Source of the DNA: a virus
Taxonomy: Duplodnaviria > Caudoviricetes
Strand: one strand, 5' to 3'
IMG/VR virus record: IMGVR_UViG_3300048630_000409
Location: 1-34,527 of that record
Length of the DNA stretch: 34,527 nucleotides
Shown here in pieces: positions 16,662 through 25,507 of this stretch. Each line of letters begins with the position of its first letter. The first letter of the stretch is position 1. The notes under the pieces were generated by a model. That model made no database searches and was not told the DNA's origin. It saw only the letters and a program-made list of their open reading frames with translations. A program made the position numbers and the translations under genes.

Positions 16662-16987
16662 GCCAGCGCCACACCGACCTCGTCAACCGCATCCGCCTCT
16701 ACCTCTCGGAGATCGGCGCCGTGTCGGTCCCCGTCGACACACCCGGCCTGCTCTACACTCGCGACGGCCGTCCCGCGAAGTTCGGCACCAAGGGGGCGCT
16801 CGACATCGCCGCCACCTTCAAGGGCCGCGCGATTTGGATCGACGCGAAGACCGGCCGCGACCGGCTCAAGCCCGCGCAGGTGAAGTTCTGCGAGGCGCAG
16901 GAGCGCGCCGGGGGCATCGCGTTCGCCGCATGGAGCGTCGAGGACGTCGCCAACCGCCTGCGGATGGAAGGGCTGCTCGATGCTTGA
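16658..16987 (+). CDS. VRR-NUC / PD-(D/E)xK nuclease
   Basis: GALDI...IWIDAKTGRDRLKPAQVKF...GGIAFAAWSVED. Confidence 0.85.
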   Translation: MSQRHTDLVNRIRLYLSEIGAVSVPVDTPGLLYTRDGRPAKFGTKGALDIAATFKGRAIWIDAKTGRDRLKPAQVKFCEAQERAGGIAFAAWSVEDVANRLRMEGLLDA

Positions 16988-17675
16988 AGCCCTCGCGCCT
17001 ATCGTCGCCGAAGCCTATCAGCCCGCAAAGCTCGAGGAGATCAACAGCGTCTCCGCCTGGCTACACGCGCTCGGTAAGGAAAGCCCTGCCAAGGCATGGT
17101 GGGAGGCGCCGGGGTGGCATCCGGCGATCGGGCGCGCGCTGCGCATCGATCGGCGAGAGGCCGGGGCCGTCTACGCACTCGCGCCGTTCCGCCTTCTCCG
17201 GCTCGAGGATCGCCATGTCATCGCCGCAGCGTGGCCGGCTCCGCGCATGCTCGACGATCCGGACTTCGACTGGCTCGGGATCGAGAGCGTGATCGCTTGG
17301 GACCCGGTGGGTCGAACGACCGAGGTCCTCGGCGATCCCGCTCCTCAGATCGTCGGGACCTTCACCAACGAACCCGCGCTCTTCGGCGACACGCACGCGT
17401 TCTTCGTCGCCTGGGCGCGGCGGCGCGCGGTATTCTTCCAGCGCTGGCTCGACTCGCGCACCGGAAAGTGGGCCCACACAGCGCCCGAACGTGACGAGGT
17501 GCCCGGCTGCCTCGCTGTGGGCGCGCTCGAGAAGATCCGCTGGAGTCCAGCCTCTTTGCCCGAAACGCTCAATGTGGTCGGCCTCGATGCCGGCAAACTC
17601 AACAAGGTGCTGCTGAAAGCTGCGCGCGTTCCCCGCGCCGTCAACGCGCCCTCGCCGATCAGAGAAGCAGCATGA
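16980..17675 (+). CDS. Hypothetical replication-module protein (231 aa)
   Basis: Coupled between VRR-NUC and the VapE ATPase. Confidence 0.75.
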   Translation: MLEALAPIVAEAYQPAKLEEINSVSAWLHALGKESPAKAWWEAPGWHPAIGRALRIDRREAGAVYALAPFRLLRLEDRHVIAAAWPAPRMLDDPDFDWLGIESVIAWDPVGRTTEVLGDPAPQIVGTFTNEPALFGDTHAFFVAWARRRAVFFQRWLDSRTGKWAHTAPERDEVPGCLAVGALEKIRWSPASLPETLNVVGLDAGKLNKVLLKAARVPRAVNAPSPIREAA

Positions 17676-18892
17676 TGGCCGATGTGATCTCGCTCGAAGC
17701 CTGGAAGGGCAAACTCCAGACCAACGGAAAGGGTGGCGCGAAGAAGAGCGTCACCAACTTGATGCTCTACCTGCAGAACCTGCGCGACTTCGGCGCCACG
17801 ATCCGCTGGAACGAGCTGGCGCAGCGCGCGGAGTGGAACGGCCGACCGATCGAGGACAGCGACCTTATCGACATCAGGCTGATCCTCGAGAGCCACCACT
17901 TCGAGCCCCCCGTCGCGGACATTCTCCCCGCCGTCATCAGGCATGCGAAGGACAACGCATTCCACCCGGTGCGCGATTACCTGCGCAGCCTGAAATGGGA
18001 CGGCACACCGCGGCTCGATCACTGGCTCCAGCAGTGCCTGGGCGCCCCGAACGTCGAGTTCAATCGCCTGGTCGGACGCAAGACCCTGATCGCGGCAGTT
18101 GCGCGCGCGTTCAAGCCTGGGTGTAAGGTCGACACGGTTCTGGTCCTCGAGGGACCGCAAGGCGTCAAGAAATCGACCGCGATCGCGACGCTGTTCGGCG
18201 AGGACTGGACAGCGGAATCGGTAAACCTCTTCGACCAGCACAACAAGATGGTCATGGCGATGATGGGCGCCTGGGTCGTCGAGCTCGCGGAGTTCATCGC
18301 GATCGCGAAGCGGGACCAGAACACCGTCAAGGGCATGCTTTCGATGCGCAACGACAAGGTGGTCCTGCCTTACGCCAAGATGGCAACGGAGCATCCTCGG
18401 CAGTGCATCTTTTTCGGGACGATCAACCCGGGCGAAACGGGCTATCTGACCGATGGCACCGGCAATCGCCGGTACTGGCCGGTCGAGGTGGTCAGGGCAG
18501 ACATCGACCTCATCCGCGATCGCCGCGACCAGCTGTGGGCCGAAGCGTACAAGGCCTTCCGCGACGGTGAGCGTTGGTGGCTCGAGGAGTCCGAGCAGAC
18601 GCTGGCAAAGGATACGGTGGACAGCCGGGAAAAGTATGACGTCTGGGATGAAGTACTCGCCGAGAAGATTGAGCGGGTGGAGGCCGAGCAGGACGGCCCT
18701 ATCGCATCTCTGACGCTTGCCTCAGCACTTCAGCTGATAGGCGTTCCCAGCGAGCGCATGGACGAACGTGCTCGCGACCGCGTGGCCTCGTGCCTGCGGC
18801 GTCTCGGATATGTCAGCCGACCGCGAAAAGTGCGCAACCCGGTGACGGGAAAACGCGACCCGATCCGCGTCTACGTGAGGGAGTCCGGATGA
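17672..18892 (+). CDS. VapE/VirE family P-loop ATPase (phage replication helicase-like)
   Basis: FHPVRDYL..LKWDG.PRL, PGCKVD.VLVLEGPQGVKKST, RQCIFFGTIN, LTDGTGNRRYWPV, RDQLWAEA. Confidence 0.93.
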   Translation: MMADVISLEAWKGKLQTNGKGGAKKSVTNLMLYLQNLRDFGATIRWNELAQRAEWNGRPIEDSDLIDIRLILESHHFEPPVADILPAVIRHAKDNAFHPVRDYLRSLKWDGTPRLDHWLQQCLGAPNVEFNRLVGRKTLIAAVARAFKPGCKVDTVLVLEGPQGVKKSTAIATLFGEDWTAESVNLFDQHNKMVMAMMGAWVVELAEFIAIAKRDQNTVKGMLSMRNDKVVLPYAKMATEHPRQCIFFGTINPGETGYLTDGTGNRRYWPVEVVRADIDLIRDRRDQLWAEAYKAFRDGERWWLEESEQTLAKDTVDSREKYDVWDEVLAEKIERVEAEQDGPIASLTLASALQLIGVPSERMDERARDRVASCLRRLGYVSRPRKVRNPVTGKRDPIRVYVRESG

Positions 18893-18902
18893 TGCGACCA
18901 CC

Positions 18903-19181
18903 TGACTACTGGCCTGACTACAGGGGTGACTACAGCCCACAGGATAGCTGCGTCTGCTGTAGTCAGGCTGTTCATATTATTGGGCAGCATGATGAACGGA
19001 TGACTACGCCCTCGCCTTCATGGAGCGGCTCGGTAGTCACCCCTGTAGTCAGCCAAAACCCGCAGAAATCCGCAGTTCCCACCCCCCTGACTACTAGACT
19101 ACTCTTAAAGTTACAAAAGAAGAATATGGAGAGAAAAAAGCCCCCAGAAGGAAACGCGCGCGCGAGCGTAGTCAGTAGTCC
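18903..19181. repeat. GACTAC/GTAGTC repeat cluster; putative replication origin
   Basis: 11 copies counted by eye in both orientations; perfect 20-bp inverted repeat 18914-18933/19033-19052; A-rich tract about 19104-19140. Confidence 0.75.
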
Positions 19182-19195
19182 GAAGGAAATTCGAC

Positions 19196-19510
19196 ATGCA
19201 TGCAGATGATCACCTCCCCCACCCCACAATCGTTCCGGCGCAAGATGGCTGGCTCGTATATTACGTCTCGGATGAGGATGGCCCTGCGGATTTCGAAGAC
19301 TTCCACGCACGCCAGCCTGACGTCGTCATTGCCTTCCACTGCACCACAGATGGCTGGACTCGTCCGATCGTCGCCGGTGAGCAATTCGCATTTCGCCAAG
19401 AGTACATCTTGCGCGATCCCGAAGGCCGGTTCGTCACGGAAAATTGCGGCACCTTCGGCAGTCTCCTGGACGCCTACCGCCAACTTCGCCCCGAGGAAGC
19501 AACGCCATGA
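19196..19510 (+). CDS. Hypothetical phage protein (104 aa)
   Basis: AAGGA SD; IVPAQDGWLVYY; ATGA coupling downstream. Confidence 0.7.
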   Translation: MHADDHLPHPTIVPAQDGWLVYYVSDEDGPADFEDFHARQPDVVIAFHCTTDGWTRPIVAGEQFAFRQEYILRDPEGRFVTENCGTFGSLLDAYRQLRPEEATP

Positions 19511-20064
19511 ACGCCGTAGCCACGATTGAGCAGGACCACGCCCCGGCTCTCACCCTTCCCGATGACCTACCGTTCGAGCGCTGGTTGTCGATCGGCCGCG
19601 ACTTGATCCAGCGCGACCGGGAGACGAAGTGGCAGGCCGCGGACTGGTTCGCGTACGGCCGAAGTCGGGCGAAGGCTGATCCCGAGTTCGCCCGGCAGAT
19701 GGAGCTCGCGCTGCCAGCGATCCTGGAGGACCCAAAGCGCCTCGAATCCATCGCCAAGGTCGCGGAGAATTTCCCGGTCGAGGATCGCAGTACGGCGCTG
19801 TCGTTCGACCACTATGCCGCGCTCTCCCGCCTGCCGCACGGTGAGGCTCGCAAATTGCTCGCCAAGGCGACCCGGGATCGCACGCCCGCTCGTGATCTGC
19901 GCTACGAGGCCCTGGGCCAGCAGCGCAGCCTCTCACGCCTTGAGCCCACGCATGACGACCTGCTTTCGTCTTTCCTCCGCCACTGGAACCGCCTGCCGAT
20001 GTGCATCCGGCTCGAAGCCGCTGAGATGATCGCCGAGAGCCACGGTGAGGAGATCGAGCCATGA
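19507..20064 (+). CDS. LmbU-like putative transcriptional regulator
   Basis: LPDDLPFERWLSIG...WQAADWFAYG...VAENFP...R...LSFDHYAAL pattern recalled from LmbU-family proteins. Confidence 0.6.
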   Translation: MNAVATIEQDHAPALTLPDDLPFERWLSIGRDLIQRDRETKWQAADWFAYGRSRAKADPEFARQMELALPAILEDPKRLESIAKVAENFPVEDRSTALSFDHYAALSRLPHGEARKLLAKATRDRTPARDLRYEALGQQRSLSRLEPTHDDLLSSFLRHWNRLPMCIRLEAAEMIAESHGEEIEP

Positions 20065-20276
20065 CGATCGAAGCCAAGAGGCACCCCCCCATGCCTGAGC
20101 GCTTCCGGGAGCGGTTCATCAAGGATGGATGGCGCGGGATCGAGCGCTACTACGGGCCTCGGACCGACGTAATGCAGCAGTGGATCGCGGAATGCGGCGG
20201 CCTGGCGGCGCTCAAGGAGGAGAGGCGTCGGTATCGCGAGAGCGTACGGACGGGGCAGGTGGTGACGCATGGCTAA
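20061..20276 (+). CDS. Small hypothetical, possibly HTH (71 aa)
   Basis: GAGGAG SD, ATGA overlap. Confidence 0.65.
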   Translation: MTIEAKRHPPMPERFRERFIKDGWRGIERYYGPRTDVMQQWIAECGGLAALKEERRRYRESVRTGQVVTHG

Positions 20277-20751
20277 GCGATCCGCCAAGTTCTCGAACGC
20301 CCTTGCGGCGAGGATCTGCAATCGGCTCGCAGAAGGGGAGAGCCTGCGGTCGATCTGCCTCGACGAGAAGATGCCAGCGCAGTCGACTGTGTTCCGATGG
20401 CTGGGGGATGATCGATACGCCAAATTCCGCGAGCAATACGCGCGCGCGCGCGAGGCCCAGGCAGATGCGATCTTCGACGAAATTCTCGACATCGCAGACG
20501 ACGGCTCCAACGACTGGATGGAGCGTCGCCGCGAGGACGGCTCGGTCGATGAGGTCGTGAACCACGAGCATATCCAGCGATCCAAGCTGCGCGTCGACGC
20601 CCGCAAGTGGATGGCCGGCAAGCTGGCTCCGAAGAAGTACGGCGAGAAGGTGCAACTTGACCACGGTGTGACCGATCAGGCGGCGGAACTGATCCGGCAG
20701 GGCATGTCCGCGAAGGAAGCGGCCGAGCGGTATCGGGAGGAATTGGGGTGA
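20269..20751 (+). CDS. terS: Terminase small subunit (Sf6 gp1-like)
   Basis: ICNRLAEGESLRSIC..MP..STVFRWL...YARARE.QAD...KLRVDARKWMAGKLAPKKYG. Confidence 0.93.
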   Translation: MAKRSAKFSNALAARICNRLAEGESLRSICLDEKMPAQSTVFRWLGDDRYAKFREQYARAREAQADAIFDEILDIADDGSNDWMERRREDGSVDEVVNHEHIQRSKLRVDARKWMAGKLAPKKYGEKVQLDHGVTDQAAELIRQGMSAKEAAERYREELG

Positions 20752-21029
20752 TCGGGTGGATATGGCGGCGGCGCCGGAAATCACCGACGGTCATACCGCG
20801 TGCGCCAGAGCCGAAGCGTAAGCGATATATCGAGCTGAGCAATCCTCGCGGTGTCACTGAGGCTGATGTTGAGCTCATCGAGCAAAACAAGTCCCGCGTC
20901 ATGCTCGCTCACGCCCTCGGTCTCGATCTCGCGCTACATCGCGGCCAGCAACGTCACGAGTGGCTAATCGCCGGTGATGAGCCCTCTCGCCAAAACGGCT
21001 TCGTCATCATCAACAATTTGGATGCATGA
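20748..21029 (+). CDS. Hypothetical protein between terS and terL
   Basis: GTGA/ATGA overlaps with both terminase genes. Confidence 0.6.
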   Translation: MIGWIWRRRRKSPTVIPRAPEPKRKRYIELSNPRGVTEADVELIEQNKSRVMLAHALGLDLALHRGQQRHEWLIAGDEPSRQNGFVIINNLDA

Positions 21030-22681
21030 CCACCACGATCGCCCCCGAACGAAGCAAAGCCGAGACGTGGCCCCCCAACTACGTCGAGCACCTGATTGCC
21101 CGCCAAAACCGCGTGCGCAAGCTTCGCGAACGCCCAGACCTGCGCCTCGGCCTGCCCGAACGCTATCGCAGCGATCCCGTCGCGTGGATCAACCACTGGG
21201 CCGTCACCTACGACCCGCGCAAGGCCGGTGATCCCGATATCCCAACCACGATGCCGTTCGTGCTCTTCCGCCGACAGGAGGAGCTTGCCGAGTTCCTGCT
21301 CGCCTGCATCACCGAACAGCAGAACGGGCTTGCCGAGAAAGCCCGCGACATGGGCGCGACTTGGCTCTGCTGCGCGTTCTCGGTCTGGCTCTGGCTATAC
21401 TGGCCAGGTGCCGCGGTAGGATGGGGCAGCCGCAAGGAGCAGCTCGTCGACAAGATCGGCGACCCCGATTCCATCTTCGAGAAGATGCGGATCATCATCC
21501 GCAACCTGCCCGCCTTCATGCTTCCGGCCGGATTCGACGCGCAGACGCACATGCCGTTCATGAAGATCGTCAATCCCGAGACGGGCGCGACGATCACCGG
21601 TGAGGCAGGCGACAACATCGGTCGCGGCGGCCGCAAGCTGATCTACTTCAAGGACGAGAGCGCCCACTACGAGCGGCCGGAGAAGATCGAAGCTGCGCTT
21701 GCCGATAACACGAATTGCCAGATCGACATCTCGAGCGTGAACGGTCTCGGCAACGTGTTCCACCGGCGACGCGAGGCAGGCGAGGAATGGTCGCCGGGCA
21801 ATTCCCTCGTTCGGGATCGCGCCAATGTGTTCGTCATGGACTGGCGCGACCATCCGGCGAAAGATCAGGACTGGTATGACCAGCGGCGAGCAAAGGCTGA
21901 GAGCGACGGGTTGCTCCATGTGTTCGCGCAGGAGGTCGACCGCGATTACTCGGCAGCCGTTGCTGGCGTGATTATCCCCTCGGCTTGGGTGTCCTCGGCG
22001 ATCGACGCGCATATCCGTCTCGGCTTCGAGGATAGCGGCGGCTGGCGGGCCGCGCTCGACGTGGCCGACGAGGGAGCGGACAAGCACGCGCTCGCCATCG
22101 CGAAAGGCTCGGTCGTGCACAGCGTGGAGGATTGGGGCTCGGGCGATGTAGGCGAGGCAACGCGCAAGGCGATCGATGACTTGCGGGGGCGCACGGTCGA
22201 GCTCCAGTACGACTGCATCGGAGTTGGCGCCGGGGTGAAGTCGGAGGCCAATCGACTTGCTGGCGAGGACAAGCTGCCGAACGGCATCTCTTTCGCGCCG
22301 TGGAGCGCGAGTGCAGCCCCGCTCAATCCGGATCAGCACTTCATTCCCGGCGACAAGGAGAGCCCGCTGAACCGCGACTTCTTCGCCAACCTGAAGGCTC
22401 AGGCGTGGTGGGAACTGCGCGGCCGGTTCGAGCGCACGCACAAGGCGGTCACCGAGGGCGAACAGCACGATCCCGACACGATGATCAGCCTGCCGTCGAA
22501 CATGCCGGGGCTTGCGACGCTGCGGAAGGAGTTGAGCCAGGCGACGCGCGGGCGGACGGGCGCGCTCAAGATGATCGTGAACAAGACGCCTGAGGGCACG
22601 CGCTCGCCGAACAAGGCTGATGCGCTGGTGATGGCGTTCTGGCCGGTTGCGGCGCAGCGATCTTCGCTCGATGCGCTGTAG
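21026..22681 (+). CDS. terL: Terminase large subunit
   Basis: KARDMGATW (Walker A variant), IYFKDESA (Walker B), ISSVNG, LDVADEG, YDCIGVGAG, SPNKADA. Confidence 0.93.
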   Translation: MTTTIAPERSKAETWPPNYVEHLIARQNRVRKLRERPDLRLGLPERYRSDPVAWINHWAVTYDPRKAGDPDIPTTMPFVLFRRQEELAEFLLACITEQQNGLAEKARDMGATWLCCAFSVWLWLYWPGAAVGWGSRKEQLVDKIGDPDSIFEKMRIIIRNLPAFMLPAGFDAQTHMPFMKIVNPETGATITGEAGDNIGRGGRKLIYFKDESAHYERPEKIEAALADNTNCQIDISSVNGLGNVFHRRREAGEEWSPGNSLVRDRANVFVMDWRDHPAKDQDWYDQRRAKAESDGLLHVFAQEVDRDYSAAVAGVIIPSAWVSSAIDAHIRLGFEDSGGWRAALDVADEGADKHALAIAKGSVVHSVEDWGSGDVGEATRKAIDDLRGRTVELQYDCIGVGAGVKSEANRLAGEDKLPNGISFAPWSASAAPLNPDQHFIPGDKESPLNRDFFANLKAQAWWELRGRFERTHKAVTEGEQHDPDTMISLPSNMPGLATLRKELSQATRGRTGALKMIVNKTPEGTRSPNKADALVMAFWPVAAQRSSLDAL

Positions 22682-22684
22682 CCG

Positions 22685-22694
22685 CCGTCCGTAG
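22685..22694 (+). promoter_or_regulatory. CCGTCCGTAG late-gene motif (before portal)
   Basis: Identical copies at 26674 and 32802, variant at 30884; 33 nt before the ATG. Confidence 0.65.
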
Positions 22695-22727
22695 CACCTC
22701 CCCGCCCCGCCGCCGCACAAGACCGCC

Positions 22728-24668
22728 ATGTCCGGCCGCATCGTCAACGTCCGCCCCAAACCCGGCTTCGTGTTCGACGGACAGATTGTCCTGCCGTCCA
22801 ACGTCATTCCGATGCGCGATGGTCTGATCAATGCGCTCTCCGGCCGGGGCACGTCGATCGACCGCAGCCGCTACACGGCATGGTTCTTCCGGCAACTGCC
22901 GCCCGACCAGCTGCTCGCGGCCTATCGGTCGTCCTGGCTGATCTCCAAGATCGTAGGCCTCCCGCCCATGGACATGGTCCGCGAGTGGCGCGAGTGGGAG
23001 GCCGACGAGGCCGACACGAAGCGCATTGAAGCGGAGGAGGCACGACTGCGCCTGCCGCGCGCCGTGTTCGAGGCGCTGGAGTTTGGCCGGCTGGGCGGCG
23101 GCGCGGTGCTGCTCGGCACGAATGCGGCGAGCCTCGCCGAGCCCGTCCGCGCCGGCGAAAAGCTCGTCTATGTGAAAGCCCTGTCGCGGCGCCGGCTGAC
23201 GCCCGGGCCGATCGACTACGACCCGCGTAGCTCCACCTTCGACGAGCCGGAGTACTTCACGCTCAGTGGCCAGCACGGCTCCGATCAGATCCATCCTTCC
23301 CGGCTCCTGGTCTTCCGCGGCGAGCGGGTGCCCGACATCCTGGGCAGCCAGTCGGCCGACGATTGGTGGGGGGATTCGGTCATCGATCGGGTCGACCGCG
23401 CCGTGAAGGACGCCCAGCGCGTCTCGGAAGGCTATGCGGACCTGGTCGAAGAGGCGAAGCTCGACATCTACCGCATCGCTGGCATGACCGATCGCCTGCT
23501 GCAGCCGGGCGGCGAAGAGGCGATGCGCAAGCGGTTCGAGGCGACTGCGCTCGGCAAATCGAACTACCGCGGCATCTTCCTCGACAAGGAAGACGAGTGG
23601 GATCAGCGCCAGATCACCTGGGCCGGGATGCCAGAGATGGTGCGGACCTACCTCGCCATCGTGGCAGGCGCAGCCGACATCCCGGCGACCAGGCTGCTCG
23701 GCAAAGCGCCCGATGGGCAGAACGCGACCGGCGAGCACGACGAGAAGAACTACCGCAGCATGATCGCCACGCGGCAGGGCATGGAGCTGCGGCCGCAGCT
23801 GGCGAAGCTCGACGCCATCTTGCTGCCTTCGCTCGGCCTGGCTCCCGATCTCTACTGGAAGTTCTCGCCGCTCGACGTCCCCGACGAGGAGACGCGCTCC
23901 AAGATCGACAAGACCGATGCCGAGACCGCTCGCATCTATTCGGACAGCGGTCTCGTGCCGTCGCAGGCACTTGAAAAGGGTGTGCAGTCGAAGCTCATCG
24001 AAAAAGGCACATTCCCCGGGCTGAAAGACGCTCTCGACGAGCTGCCGGACCTGGAGGCGGGCGAAGGCGACGAGGGCGATTTCCTGACGGAGGAGGAGCG
24101 CCGAGCGAAAGGAGGTGATCAGCAGGTATCTGCCGGGGGCGGGCCCAACGCGTCCGCTCGCCGTGCCGCGAACGATGCCCGGTTCCTCGAGGACGCGGCT
24201 CCGAAGACGCTCTACGTCCAGCGCAAGCTGCTGAACGCGGACGAGCTGATCCGCTGGGCGAAGTCGCAGGGCATCGAAACCACCCTCGCCGCCGACGACA
24301 TGCACGTCACGATCGCTTACAGCCGCGCGCCGGTCGACTGGTTCGCCGTCGGCACGGACTGGAGCGGCGACGAGAACGGTCATGTGCGCGTCCGTCCGGG
24401 CGGCCCGCGCGATGTCGAACGCCTGGGCGACGGCGATGCGCTCGCGCTGATGTTCGTCGACGACCAGCTCGAGTGGCGGCACAACCGGATTCGCGAGGCT
24501 GGAGCGTCGTGGGATTGGCCGGATTATCGGCCGCACGTGACGCTGACCTGGCAGGCCGAGGGCGTCGATGTGTCGCAGATCGAGCCGTATACCGGGCCGC
24601 TGGTGTTCGGGCCGGAGTTGTTCAGCGAGGTCGATGAGGGGTGGAAGGCGAAGATTGAGGAAGCCTGA
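22728..24668 (+). CDS. DUF1073-type portal protein fused to C-terminal 2H phosphoesterase (Acb1-like) domain
   Basis: Portal motifs YRSSWL..KIV..P..DMVREW, IHPSRL, WGDSV, AGAADIPATRLLG..P.GQNATGE.D..NY; C-terminal HVTIAYS (aa 526) and YRPHVTL (aa 603). Confidence 0.9.
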   Translation: MSGRIVNVRPKPGFVFDGQIVLPSNVIPMRDGLINALSGRGTSIDRSRYTAWFFRQLPPDQLLAAYRSSWLISKIVGLPPMDMVREWREWEADEADTKRIEAEEARLRLPRAVFEALEFGRLGGGAVLLGTNAASLAEPVRAGEKLVYVKALSRRRLTPGPIDYDPRSSTFDEPEYFTLSGQHGSDQIHPSRLLVFRGERVPDILGSQSADDWWGDSVIDRVDRAVKDAQRVSEGYADLVEEAKLDIYRIAGMTDRLLQPGGEEAMRKRFEATALGKSNYRGIFLDKEDEWDQRQITWAGMPEMVRTYLAIVAGAADIPATRLLGKAPDGQNATGEHDEKNYRSMIATRQGMELRPQLAKLDAILLPSLGLAPDLYWKFSPLDVPDEETRSKIDKTDAETARIYSDSGLVPSQALEKGVQSKLIEKGTFPGLKDALDELPDLEAGEGDEGDFLTEEERRAKGGDQQVSAGGGPNASARRAANDARFLEDAAPKTLYVQRKLLNADELIRWAKSQGIETTLAADDMHVTIAYSRAPVDWFAVGTDWSGDENGHVRVRPGGPRDVERLGDGDALALMFVDDQLEWRHNRIREAGASWDWPDYRPHVTLTWQAEGVDVSQIEPYTGPLVFGPELFSEVDEGWKAKIEEA

Positions 24669-25507
24669 TGGCCGCCTTCGACCTCCCCGCCCTTGCGCGC
24701 CGTGAAGGCATCCGCCGCGATGTGACACTCCGGCCGATCGAGCCGACGCAGGCACATGCGAAGGAACTGGCGGCGCTCTACCTCCCGATCGTTCGCGCGT
24801 GGGCCGAAGGGATCGAAGCGATCATGGCGGGATATACCCTCCCCACGGTGGACGCCCTAACCTTGGATGCGCCCGCCGACCAGCAAGCGGCCATCGACCG
24901 CACCGCCGAGGAAGTGTCCCGCCTGATCGTCGCGTTCGGCGTCGGGATCGAGCGTCTGGCCGTCCGCATCGAGCAATGGCACCGGGCGAAGTGGATCGCG
25001 GGCGTGAAGGCCGGCACGAAGGTCGACCTCTCGACCGTGCTGACGGCGCAACCGGTGCGAGAAACGCTGGAGGCGTGGATCGCGCGCAACGTCGCGCTGG
25101 TCACCGACATCAGCGACCAGGCGAAGGGTCGCATCTCGGATGCCGTGTTCCGGGCCTATCAGAACCGGACGCCGACGCGCGAGCTGGCGCGAGAATTGCG
25201 CGAGGCGGTCGGCATGGCGCGATCCCGCGCGATCAGGGTTGCCGCCGACCAGAACACGAAGCTCAGCGGCGCGCTGGACGCCGAGCGCATGGCGGAGGCC
25301 GGCGTCGAGTGGTTCAAATGGAGGCATTCGGCAAAAAGGCATCCGCGCGAAAATCATCTCGCCCGCAACGGGAAGATCTACGACCTCAAGACGGGTAAGC
25401 GGCGTGGTGGCGGGGAGACGATCCCTAGCGATGATCGGCCCGGCATGCAGCCTTATTGCGGCTGTCGCGCTCAAGCGTGGCTTTCCATCCAAGAGGAACT
25501 GGAGTAG
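24668..25507 (+). CDS. Minor head/morphogenesis protein (Mu gpF / SPP1 gp7 family)
   Basis: RAIRVAADQNTKL, FKWRHS...PRENHLARNGKIY, PGMQPYCGCRA. Confidence 0.9.
   Translation: MAAFDLPALARREGIRRDVTLRPIEPTQAHAKELAALYLPIVRAWAEGIEAIMAGYTLPTVDALTLDAPADQQAAIDRTAEEVSRLIVAFGVGIERLAVRIEQWHRAKWIAGVKAGTKVDLSTVLTAQPVRETLEAWIARNVALVTDISDQAKGRISDAVFRAYQNRTPTRELARELREAVGMARSRAIRVAADQNTKLSGALDAERMAEAGVEWFKWRHSAKRHPRENHLARNGKIYDLKTGKRRGGGETIPSDDRPGMQPYCGCRAQAWLSIQEELE

Noticed and set aside
16023-16987. MTase plus nuclease as a restriction-modification system
   Set aside because: The nuclease is a small VRR-NUC type normal for phage replication modules, and orphan MTases are common in prophages
18903-19181. 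Repeat cluster as a CRISPR array or as CDS 18790-19209
   Set aside because: Repeats are 6-7 nt, irregularly spaced and in both orientations, with no cas genes; the ORF just translates the repeats (PDYWPDY)
22566-24755. 729-aa minus-strand ORF opposite the portal (similarly 6494-8089 +, 14840-16171 -, 21395-22852 -, 28123-29286 -)
   Set aside because: Shadow frames of real genes in high-GC DNA; Arg/Pro-rich with no motifs
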